The position numbers were made by a program, and so were the translations under genes. A stretch of 64,000 nt of DNA from Rebecca billardiae RCC1528 (lineage: Eukaryota; Protista; Haptophyta): NCBI GenBank assembly GCA_965240325.2, contig OZ251223.1:1240001-1304000 (forward strand), read 5' to 3'. Of the stretch, positions 42,286 through 51,391 are shown piece by piece (within the stretch, counting starts at the first letter, position 1; each line of letters opens with the position of its first letter). The notes beneath the pieces are model-generated. The model was not told the DNA's origin, did no database searches, and saw only the letters and a list, made by a program, of their open reading frames with translations.

Positions 42286-44845
42286 GTCCGGCGGTGCTGC
42301 CGCCGCCGCCGCGCGCGGCGCCGCCGTACGGGTCATCGTCGCCGTGCGCGCGCCGCCCGCCGCCGCCGCCCTTGCCGCCCTTGCCGCCAGACTTGCGCCC
42401 TTGCTTCCGCGAGCGGCCGCCGCCGCCGCCGTCGTCGTCGTCGTTGCGCTTGAGCTCTCGCGTCGTCAGCACGAGCTGGCCGTCTGCGTCGAACTCGGGG
42501 ACGGTCTCGGTGCGCTGGGCGCGGCCGGCGGGTGCGCGCCCGCCGCCGCCGCCGCGCGAGCTGCCGCCGCCCCCTTCGATCTTCTCCTTGATCATCCGCA
42601 CCGCCGTGGCAACAGCGGCCGCCGAGCCGGTGACTACCACTTCACGCTCTGAGCCCGCGGCGCCGGCGGCGCTGCTCCCGCCGGCGGCGCCGGCGGCGGA
42701 GGGCTTGGCGCCGACGGTGATGTTCGCACGGGACGCGGCGCGCAGGGCGCTGATCGTCGCGCCTGCCTTGCCGATGAGCAGCCCCACCGCGTCCTCCGGG
42801 ATCGCGAGCTCGGCCGAGCTCTCGGCCGCCGCCTCCGCGCGGCCCGCCGCCGCGCCCGCGCCCGCACCTGCGGTGCCGCCACTGCCCGCCCCTTCTCCTG
42901 CGTCGAGCGCGGCGCGCGCGGCCTCGAGCTCGGCGGTCAGGCGCGCGTGCGTGTCCGCGTCCCCGGCCAGCTTCGCGCGCATCGCGCGCGAGGCGAGCTT
43001 GTTGATGTCCACCTCTGTGCGAGCCGGCGGCGCGGCCGGCGCCGGCGCAGCGGCCGGCACCGGCGCGGCGGCCGGTGCGGCCGCGCCGCTCGACCCCGCG
43101 GCGGTGTCCGGCGCCCGTGCGGCGCAGGGCTCGGCGGAGGCGGCCTCCAGCCCGTCCGCGCGCCCTGCGGGCGCGGCGCGCGCTCGGCTGCCGTCCGCGC
43201 TCCCGCCGGCCACGTCCGCACGGCGCGGCGACGCAGGCCGCGCCGGGCGCGACGGCGGCGCGTCCCGCTCGGCGGCGCCGCGCCGCGCATCCGCGTGTGG
43301 CCCAGCGTGCCGCCCGCGGCCCTCGCGCCCGTCTGGCCTGTACTCGCGGCCGTCCGCGCGGCGTGGGGCCTCGGCGGCGGCGTCGGCACGCCCGGCGCCC
43401 GGCGTCGCGCGCGCAGGCGCGGGCCGCCCGCGCCGCTCCTCCGTCCCACGCCGCTCGTGCGCCGGCTGCGGCGCGCGCGCGCCTGTCGCCGGCTCCGATT
43501 TTCCCTCGAGGCAGCGCAAAAGAAAATCGCCATCGTTGGCGAACTGGTTGGGGTTGGCTGCGCGCGCGGCGTGCTCGGCCGCGCCGCGCCCGCCGTCAGC
43601 GCCGCGCCCGGCGCCGCGGCCCCGCCCGCCCTCCTCGCGAGGGTCGAGCATGCCGCCACGGCCGATCCCGCGCGGGCCGCCGTTGTCGCCGGAGAGCGCG
43701 CGCGCCGCGCGCTCGCGCTCGCGCGACGCCTGCTTGTGCGCGTAGGCAGACGCGGCGGCGCGCCGCTGGCTGTGGCCGCCCGCCGCGAGCGCGCGCATCT
43801 CGTCCGCCACCTGCGCCGAGCCGAACCGATCCTCCGCGACCTCCTCGAACGAGCGGCCGGACTGCTGCGCCTCCTCCACCGCTCGCTGGAGGCGCTTCAG
43901 CCGCCAGCTGAGCCCGCCGTCGCCAAAAGCGCTGCCGCCGCTGTTGGCCGCGGGCCGAGCGACGGCCGGCGGCGGGTTCGCGGCGGACGCGCCGGCACCG
44001 GCGTGCTCGGCCGCGGCGGGCGCGTGCGCCGCGGCGCCCGCCTTCGTCCACTCGTTCACCGCGACGCCGGCGCGCGCGTACGGGTTCAGCTCGCGAGCCA
44101 GGGCGGCGCCCGTGACAGCGCCATCGGTGGGCGGCGCGCGCGCTCGCTGCGCCGCGGCCACGGCCGCCGGCTCGGCGGCAGGCGCGCCATGGCGCGGCGG
44201 CGGCGGACGCGTCATCCAGCTCAGCCCGGCATCGGCGCGCGCGCTTGCACCCGCGTCCACGCGGGCCGAGCGCGAGGCCGCCGTTGGCCCCTCGCCCCCG
44301 CCGCCCACCCCGGGCCCAGCCTCCGCATCCGGCGCGCGACGGCGCGCGCCTTCGCCGCCGCCGTCGTCAGACTCGCTCGAGCTCGACGAGGCGCTGGCGT
44401 GCGCGTGCGACTTGGAGCGCTTCTTGCTGCCCTCGCGCTTCGAGTCCTTGCGCGAGCGGTGGTGCTTCTCGCGCTTCCCCTCGCGCTTGCCCTCCTTGTG
44501 ACGCTTGCGCTCCTTCTCCTTGCCGCCAGCCACGCGCGCCTCCACCGACGGCGCGAGGAAGGTGAGCTGCGGGCGTGGGCGCGGGCGCGGCCGGGGGAGG
44601 CGTGCGCGTATGAGGCCACGCGCACGAATCAATCCCTTCGCGCCGGCGCAAAGGGTGCCCGCCCATGGAGGCGAGCGCGCACGCGGCGCGCGCACCTCGC
44701 CGCTCGCCACCTTCCGCCTGTGCTCCTCGCGCTGCTCCTCGCGGCTGCGCTCTGCGGCGACCTCGCGCGCCTGCGCGGCCTCTTTGCTCTCAGCGCGCTG
44801 CTTGGCGAGCTCCTCCTTGGAGACGAACTTGATTCCGCTGAGCAT
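41138..44845 (-). CDS. CWF19L2: CWF19-like protein 2 (CwfJ C-terminal domains) with an inserted KH domain; exons 44845-44696, 44566-41429, 41314-41138
   Basis: MLSGIKF start, ELNPY, FGDGGLSWRLK.L.RA.E.A, RYFADDD, LIVAIGNHTYL, GHCVLEP, ELRNFQKCL, FFRKAILEA..EWAQH, PPNFAYFHVQF, W..YDWT end; introns 44695-44567 and 41428-41315. Confidence 0.9.
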
Positions 44846-45029
44846 GCGGGCCCCTCGACAGGCGCGGGCGGCGGTGCGCGTGGGCGGCTGGGCGGCGTGC
44901 TTGCGCACGCCCTCCTTGACGTGTGGGCTGTCGGCGACACGATGGCGGCCTGAGTGCCGACCGATGTTGACGTCAGTGTTGTGCGCTTGTCTCGGTGCAC
45001 GCATCGCCGCAGGTCGTGGCATCGCTCGC

Positions 45030-45917
45030 ATGGCGGCTGACGGTGCCGTCATCCCGGGCGCGCTGCCACCTGGGCGCCTCGAGCGCGACGCGGAGTGGGG
45101 CGCAGTGCTGCGAGAGGCGTGGGCTGCGGACGCTCAGATTGGCGCGTTGCCGCAGCGTGGCGCCGAGCTCGCGTCCGAGCCGCTCGAGTACGAGCACGAC
45201 GGCGTGCGCTTGCACGGGTGGCTGACGTACGACTCGACCGCCTCGAGCCCCCGCCCTGGCGTGCTCGTCCTGCACACCGCCGCCGGACCGCGCGACCTGT
45301 ACTTGCTGTGGCGCGCGGCCGCGCTCGCCAGCCAAGGGTACGTGGCGCTGGTCGCCGACCTCTACGGCGACAGGGACGGGCAAGGCTGGGAGGCCGAGTT
45401 CGCGCGCCCGCGGATGGAGGCGCTGAAGGCCGACCGGAGGCTGCTGCAGGCGCGCACGCGCGCCGGGCTCACCGCCCTCCGCGCGCACGCGCGCGCGGAC
45501 GGCGCCCGGTGCGCCGCGCTCGGCTACTGCCTCGGGGGGCGCGCCGCGCTCGACCTGGCGCGCGCGGGCGACGCGGAGCTGCGCGCCGCCGTGTCGTTCC
45601 ACGGCATACTGGACGCGCTCCCGCCGGAGGCGCTCGGCGAGCGCGTGCACGCGCGCGTCCTCGTCTGCGACGGCGCGCTCGACCCGTTCAACTCGCACGA
45701 GGCGCGCTCGGCGTGCTGCGCGCAGCTGGGCGCGCTCGGCGCCGAGTGGGAGATGCAGGCGTTCGGGCGCGCGCGCCACGGCTTCACGTGCCCCGCGCAG
45801 CGGCTGAACGCCGCCGAGGCGTTCGACTACGAGCCGATGGCGGCGAAGCGCTCGTGGGCCTCCGCACTGGCGTTCCTCGCCGATTCGCTTGATGGCACAT
45901 CTTATTGCGCTTCTTGA
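45030..45917 (+). CDS. Dienelactone hydrolase family protein, copy 1
   Basis: PGVLVLH, GYVALVADLYG, nucleophile elbow GYCLGG, VSFHG, GALDP, HGF (Cys-Asp-His triad). Confidence 0.92.
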   Translation: MAADGAVIPGALPPGRLERDAEWGAVLREAWAADAQIGALPQRGAELASEPLEYEHDGVRLHGWLTYDSTASSPRPGVLVLHTAAGPRDLYLLWRAAALASQGYVALVADLYGDRDGQGWEAEFARPRMEALKADRRLLQARTRAGLTALRAHARADGARCAALGYCLGGRAALDLARAGDAELRAAVSFHGILDALPPEALGERVHARVLVCDGALDPFNSHEARSACCAQLGALGAEWEMQAFGRARHGFTCPAQRLNAAEAFDYEPMAAKRSWASALAFLADSLDGTSYCAS

Positions 45918-46195
45918 GGCTGCCCAACAGACAGCTGTACACGGTACTCTGCGTCGTAGCTAGCAGCGGTCTCAGCAGATCGACTGTGAATATACGTCGT
46001 GTGATCGATCCGGGGGGCGGGGGTGCCGCGGGGTTAATACTACCGCCGCCTACATCGGTCAGTAACTATGGCGCGTAGCGCCAAGTTTGAACATCAGCAG
46101 CAGCATGCTGAGGATCATCGTCAGCAGCCGACGTCCGGTCGCGGCGGTAGCAGAATCGATTCCAGCAAACTCAGCCTGCTGATTGATGGACAGCC

Positions 46196-47557
46196 TCACT
46201 GATCGCTCTCAGTCTGAGTCATCGCCGCCGCGGCGCGCCATGCCGTGCAGTGCGGCTTGTGCAATGTCCACGCGCTCCGCAGGTGCTCGCGGCAGCAGAA
46301 GACCGCCACAAGGCACCGCTCGCACTTCTTCACGCCACGGCCCGACTTGGCGCACACCATGCAGCATGCAGCGGCCACCTCCCGATCTCCGGCATAGTCG
46401 CCGAGCACCTTGCTCGGATCCACCACGGAGCCGTCAAGCTCGTGCCCGCGGCGCAGCAGCCGCACTCCCTCCGCCACGTCGCGCTGCACGGCCCCGCCTG
46501 CAAGCAGCAGGCGCGCCAATGCCAGGTGGGCACGTGGCTGGTCGCCGTCGATAGCCAGCCGGTACCAGCGCATCGCCTCAGCCATATCCTGCGGCACACC
46601 CTCACCTAGATGGTGGCACATGCCCAGGAATTGCTGCGCATCTGCATCGCCCTGCTCGGCCGCCAGCCGGTACAAGCGCACCGCCTCGGCCGTATCCTGC
46701 TGCACGCCCTCGCCTTTTTCATAGAACACGCCCAGGCTTAACTGCGCATCTGCATTGCCCTGCTCGGCCGCCAGCCGGAAGCAGCGCGCAGCCTCGGCCA
46801 CATGCTGCTGCACGCCCTCGCCTCGCTTGTAGCACACGCCCAGGCTGTACTGCGCAACTGCATTGCCCTGCTCGGCCGCCAGCCGGAACCAGCGCACTGC
46901 CTCGGCCGAGTCCTGTGGCATGCCCTGGCCATGTTTGTAGCACACGCCCAGGTCGCTCTGCGCAACTGCATTGCCCTGCTCGGCCGCCAGCCGGAACCAG
47001 CGCACTGCCTCGGCCATATCCTGCTGTACGCCCTTGCCGTGTTTGTAGCACAGACCCAGGTTGCTCTGCGCAGCTGCAGAGCCCTGCTCGGCAGCCAGCC
47101 GGAACAAGCGCACTGCCTCGGCGATATCCTGCGGCACGCCCTTGCCTTGTTTGTAGCACACGCCCAGGTTGCTCTGCGCAGTTGCGTAGCCCTGCTCGGC
47201 CGCCAGCCGGAACCAGCGCACCGCCTCGGCCGAGTCCTGTGGCATGCCCTGGCCATGTTTGTAGCACACGCCCAGGTCGCTCTGCGCATCTGCATCGCCC
47301 TGATCGGCCGCCAGCCGGAACCAGCGCACTGCCTCGGCCATATCCTGCTGTACGCCCTTGCCGTGTTTGTAGCACACGCCCAGGTTGCTCTGCGCAGCTG
47401 CGTAGCCCTGCTCGGCCGCCAGCCGGTACCAGCGCACCGCCTCGGCCATATCCTGCTGCACGCCTTCGCCTCGTGCGTAGCACCAGCCCAGGTTGTACTG
47501 CGCAGCTGCATGGCCCAGCTCAGCCGCCAGGCGGTACAAGCGCGCCGCCTCGGCCAT
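46196..47557 (-). CDS. Sel1-like repeat + MYND protein, copy B (9 modules)
   Basis: MAEAARLYRLAAELG cap, nine 36-aa modules, capping repeat and MYND nearly identical to copy A. Confidence 0.92.
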   Translation of the reverse strand: MAEAARLYRLAAELGHAAAQYNLGWCYARGEGVQQDMAEAVRWYRLAAEQGYAAAQSNLGVCYKHGKGVQQDMAEAVRWFRLAADQGDADAQSDLGVCYKHGQGMPQDSAEAVRWFRLAAEQGYATAQSNLGVCYKQGKGVPQDIAEAVRLFRLAAEQGSAAAQSNLGLCYKHGKGVQQDMAEAVRWFRLAAEQGNAVAQSDLGVCYKHGQGMPQDSAEAVRWFRLAAEQGNAVAQYSLGVCYKRGEGVQQHVAEAARCFRLAAEQGNADAQLSLGVFYEKGEGVQQDTAEAVRLYRLAAEQGDADAQQFLGMCHHLGEGVPQDMAEAMRWYRLAIDGDQPRAHLALARLLLAGGAVQRDVAEGVRLLRRGHELDGSVVDPSKVLGDYAGDREVAAACCMVCAKSGRGVKKCERCLVAVFCCREHLRSAWTLHKPHCTAWRAAAAMTQTESDQ

Positions 47558-47816
47558 GAGTGCACGCAGGCACCGTGCAGCTCGCCAGTGCCAATAATGC
47601 GCGCGCGGGCACACCTCCCTTCACGTCCTTCAGCCGCGGAGCGGGCCGAAAACTCATCGCGCGCCGTACGTACTTGTACGCCGAAACCTGGTCCGGACTT
47701 CGGCACGATGGATCGGACTTCGTTCAGTGCCGACCGATGTTGACGTCCAGCAGTGTTGTGCGCTTGTCTCGGTGCACGCATCGCCGCAGGTCGTGGCATC
47801 GCTCGCGTGGCAGCTG

Positions 47817-48674
47817 ATGGTGCCGTCGTCATCCCGGGCGCGCTGCCAGCTGGGCGCCTCGAGCGCGAAGCGGAGTGGGGCGCAGTGCTGCGAGAGGCGT
47901 GGGCTGCGGACGCTCAGATTGGCGCGTTGCCGCAGCGTGGCGCCGAGCTCGCACGACGGCGTGCGCTTGCACGGGTGGCTGACGTACGACTCGACCGCCA
48001 CGAGCTCCCGCCCTGGCGTGCTCGTCCTGCACACCGCCGCCGGACCGCGCGATCTCTACTTGCTGTGGCGCGCGGCCGCGCTCGCCAGCCAAGGGTACGT
48101 GGCCCTGGTCGCCGACCTCTACGGCGACAGGGACGGGCAAGGCTGGGAGGTCGAGTTCGCGCGCCCGCGGATGGAGGCGCTGAAGGCCGACCGGAGGCTG
48201 CTGCAGGCGCGCACGCGCGCCGGGCTCACCGCCCTCCGCGCGCACGCGCGCGCGGACGGCGCCCGGTGCGCCGCGCTCGGCTACTGCCTCGGGGGGCGCG
48301 CCGCGCTCGACCTGGCGCGCGCGGGCGACGCGGAGCTGCGCGCCGCCGTGTCGTTCCACGGCATACTGGACGCGCTCCCGCCGGAGGCGCTCGGCGAGCG
48401 CGTGCACGCGCGCGTCCTCGTCTGCGACGGCGCGCTCGACCCGTTCAACTCGCACGAGGCGCGCTCGGCGTGCTGCGCGCAGCTGGGCGCGCTCGGCGCC
48501 GAGTGGGAGATGCAGGCGTTCGGGCGCGCGCGCCACGGCTTCACGTGCCCCGCGCAGCGGCTGAACGCCGCCGAGGCGTTCGACTACGAGCCGATGGCGG
48601 CGAAGCGCTCGTGGGCCTCCGCACTGGCGTTCCTCGCCGATTCGCTTGATGGCACATCTTATTGCGCTTCTTGA
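47817..48674 (+). CDS. Dienelactone hydrolase copy 2 with altered N-terminus (or pseudogene)
   Basis: Ancestral ATG is now GTG (47807) and 23 nt are deleted near 47952. A new ATG at 47817 is in frame with the intact catalytic domain. Confidence 0.7.
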   Translation: MVPSSSRARCQLGASSAKRSGAQCCERRGLRTLRLARCRSVAPSSHDGVRLHGWLTYDSTATSSRPGVLVLHTAAGPRDLYLLWRAAALASQGYVALVADLYGDRDGQGWEVEFARPRMEALKADRRLLQARTRAGLTALRAHARADGARCAALGYCLGGRAALDLARAGDAELRAAVSFHGILDALPPEALGERVHARVLVCDGALDPFNSHEARSACCAQLGALGAEWEMQAFGRARHGFTCPAQRLNAAEAFDYEPMAAKRSWASALAFLADSLDGTSYCAS

Positions 48675-48940
48675 GGCTGCCCTGCAACAGACAGCAGTAC
48701 ACGGTACTCTGTAGCTAGCAGCGGTCTCAGCAGATCGACTGTGAATACGTCGTGTGATCGATCCGGGGCGGGCGGGTTACCGCCTGCATCGGTCGTAACT
48801 ATGGCGCGTAGCGAAGTTCATCAGCAGCAGCATGCTGAGCATCATCAGCACCGTCGAAGCAGCCGACGTCCGGTCCGGCGGTAGCAGAATGAGTGCAGAA
48901 TCGATTCCAGCAAACTCAGCCTGCTGATTGATGGACAGCC

Positions 48941-49978
48941 TCACTGATCGCTCTCAGTCTGAGTCATCGCCGCCGCGGCGCGCCATGCCGTGCAGTGCGG
49001 CTTGTGCAATGTCCACGCGCTCCGCAGGTGCTCGCGGCAGCAGAAGACCGCCACGAGGCACCGCTCGCACTTCTTCACGCCACGGCCTGACTTGGCGCAC
49101 ACCATGCAGCACGCAGCGGCCACCTCGCGATCTCCGGCATGGTCGCCGAGCACCTTGCTCGGATCCACCACGGAGCCGTCAAGCTCGTGCCCACGGCGCA
49201 GTAGCCGCACTCCCTCCGCCACGTCGCGCTGCACGGCCCCGCCTGCAAGCAGCAGGCGCGCCAATGCCGAGTGGGCATGTGGCTGGCCACCGTCGATGGC
49301 CAGCCGGTACCAGCGCACAGCGTCGGCCATATCCTGCGGCACGCCCTCGCCTTGTTCGTAGAGCTCACCCATGTTGTGCTGCGCATCTGCATCGCCCTGC
49401 TCGGCCGCCAGCCGGTACCAGCGCACCGCCTCGGCCAAGTCCTGCTGCACGCCCTCGCCTTCATAGTAGCACGTGCCCAGGTTGGTCTGCGCAGCTGCGT
49501 AGCCATGCTCGGCTGCCAGCCGGTACAAGCGCACCGCCTCTGCCATATCCTGCATCACGCCCTCGCCTCCTTCGTAGCACTCGCCCAGGTTGGTCTGCGC
49601 ACCTGCGTAGCCCTGCTCGGCCGCCAGCCGGAACCAGCGCACTGCCTCGGCCGAGTCCTGTGGCATGCCCTCGCCTCCTGCATAGCACGCGCCCAGGCAG
49701 TTCTGCGCAGCTGCGTAGCCCTGCTCGGCCGCCAGCCGGTACAAGCGCACCGCCTCGGCCATATCTGGCGGCACGCCCTTGCCATCATTGTAGCACACGC
49801 CCAGGTTGGTCTGCGCAGCTGCATCGCCTTGTTCGGCCGCCAGCCGGTACCAGCGCACCGCCTCGGCCATATCCCGCTGCACGCCCTCGCCTCGTGCGTA
49901 GCACCTACCCAGGTTGTACTGCGAAGCTGCATGGCCCAGCTCAGCCGCCAGCCGGTACACGCGCGCCGCCTCGGCCAT
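48941..49978 (-). CDS. Sel1-like repeat + MYND protein, copy C (6 modules)
   Basis: Same caps and MYND; exactly 108 aa (3 modules) shorter than copy B. An upstream in-frame Met (MSFRPAPR) is possible. Confidence 0.92.
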   Translation of the reverse strand: MAEAARVYRLAAELGHAASQYNLGRCYARGEGVQRDMAEAVRWYRLAAEQGDAAAQTNLGVCYNDGKGVPPDMAEAVRLYRLAAEQGYAAAQNCLGACYAGGEGMPQDSAEAVRWFRLAAEQGYAGAQTNLGECYEGGEGVMQDMAEAVRLYRLAAEHGYAAAQTNLGTCYYEGEGVQQDLAEAVRWYRLAAEQGDADAQHNMGELYEQGEGVPQDMADAVRWYRLAIDGGQPHAHSALARLLLAGGAVQRDVAEGVRLLRRGHELDGSVVDPSKVLGDHAGDREVAAACCMVCAKSGRGVKKCERCLVAVFCCREHLRSAWTLHKPHCTAWRAAAAMTQTESDQ

Positions 49979-50221
49979 GAGTGTGCGCGCAGGCACCGTG
50001 CAGCTCGCCAGTGCCAATGCGCGCGCGGGCACACCTCCCTTCACGTCCTTCAGTCTTAGTCGTGGAGCGGGCCGAAAACTCATCGCGCGCCCCCACCCGG
50101 TCCGGACTTCGGCACCTTCGTTCGGCACGATGGCGGCCTGAGTGCCGAACCGATGTGACGTCCAGCAGTGTTGTGCGCTTGTCTCGGTGCACGCATCGCC
50201 GCAGGTCGTGGCATCGCTCGC

Positions 50222-51142
50222 ATGGCGGCTGACGGTGCCGTCATCCCAGGCGCGCTGCCACTTGGGCGCCTCGAGCGCGACGCGGAGTGGGGCGCAGTGC
50301 TGCGAGAGGCGTGGGCTGCGGACGCTCAGATTGGCGCGTTGCCGCAGCGTGGCGCCGAGCTCGCGTCCGAGCCTCTCGAGTACGAGCACGACGGCGTGCG
50401 CTTGCACGGGTGGCTGGCGTACGACTCGACCGCCTCGAGCCCCCGCCCTGGCGTGCTCGTCCTGCACACCGCCGCCGGACCGCGCGATCTCTACTTGCTG
50501 TGGCGCGCGGCCGCGCTCGCCAGCCAAGGGTACGTGGCCCTGGTCGCCGACCTCTACGGCGACAGGGACGGGCAAGGCTGGGAGGTCGAGTTCGCGCGCC
50601 CGCGGATGGAGGCGCTGAAGGCCGACCGGAGGCTGCTGCAGGCGCGCACGCGCGCCGGGCTCACCGCCCTCCGCGCGCACGCGCGCGCGGACGGCGCCCG
50701 GTGCGCCGCGCTCGGCTACTGCCTCGGGGGGCGCGCCGCGCTCGACCTGGCGCGCGCGGGCGACGCGGAGCTGCGCGCCGCCGTGTCGTTCCACGGCATA
50801 CTGGACGCGCTCCCGCCGGAGGCGCTCGGCGAGCGCGTGCACGCGCGCGTCCTCGTCTGCGACGGCGCGCTCGACCCGTTCAACTCGCACGAGGCGCGCT
50901 CGGCGTGCTGCGCGCAGCTGGGCGCGCTCGGCGCCGACTGGGAGATGCAGGCGTTCGGGCGCGCGCGCCACGGCTTCACGTGCCCCGCGCAGCGCCTGAA
51001 CGCCGCCGAGGCGTTCGACTACGAGCCGATGGCGGCGAAGCGCTCGTGGGCCTCCGCACTCGCGTTCCTCGCTGATTCGCTTTCGGCACATGTGCCACAT
51101 GTTGAGCTTCTTGAGGCCCAGCAGACAGCAGTAGCTAGCTAG
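50222..51142 (+). CDS. Dienelactone hydrolase copy 3 (different C-terminal tail)
   Basis: Near-identical to copy 1 up to FLADSL, then reads SAHVPHVELLEAQQTAVAS*. Confidence 0.9.
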   Translation: MAADGAVIPGALPLGRLERDAEWGAVLREAWAADAQIGALPQRGAELASEPLEYEHDGVRLHGWLAYDSTASSPRPGVLVLHTAAGPRDLYLLWRAAALASQGYVALVADLYGDRDGQGWEVEFARPRMEALKADRRLLQARTRAGLTALRAHARADGARCAALGYCLGGRAALDLARAGDAELRAAVSFHGILDALPPEALGERVHARVLVCDGALDPFNSHEARSACCAQLGALGADWEMQAFGRARHGFTCPAQRLNAAEAFDYEPMAAKRSWASALAFLADSLSAHVPHVELLEAQQTAVAS

Positions 51143-51391
51143 CAGCGGTCTGCTGACTCTCAGCTGATCGATCGACTCTGCGAATATAAGTGTGATATCG
51201 ATCCGGGTGCTGCGGCGTTACCGCCTGCATCGGGCCCGGTCGTAACTCAGATCAGGCGCGTAGCGAACGGTTCATCGTCAGCGGCATGATGATGCTGAGC
51301 CGATTCGGATAATATTATGAGCAGCCGACGTCCGGTCGGCCGGCAGCAGATCGATTATTCCACTATATATGGGGGTATATTTCCAGCAGTC

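Noticed and set aside
48941-51100. 719-aa ORF apparently fusing a long N-terminal region to Sel1 copy C
   Set aside because: The extension is the antisense of dienelactone hydrolase copy 3; paralog comparison places the start at 49978 or just upstream.
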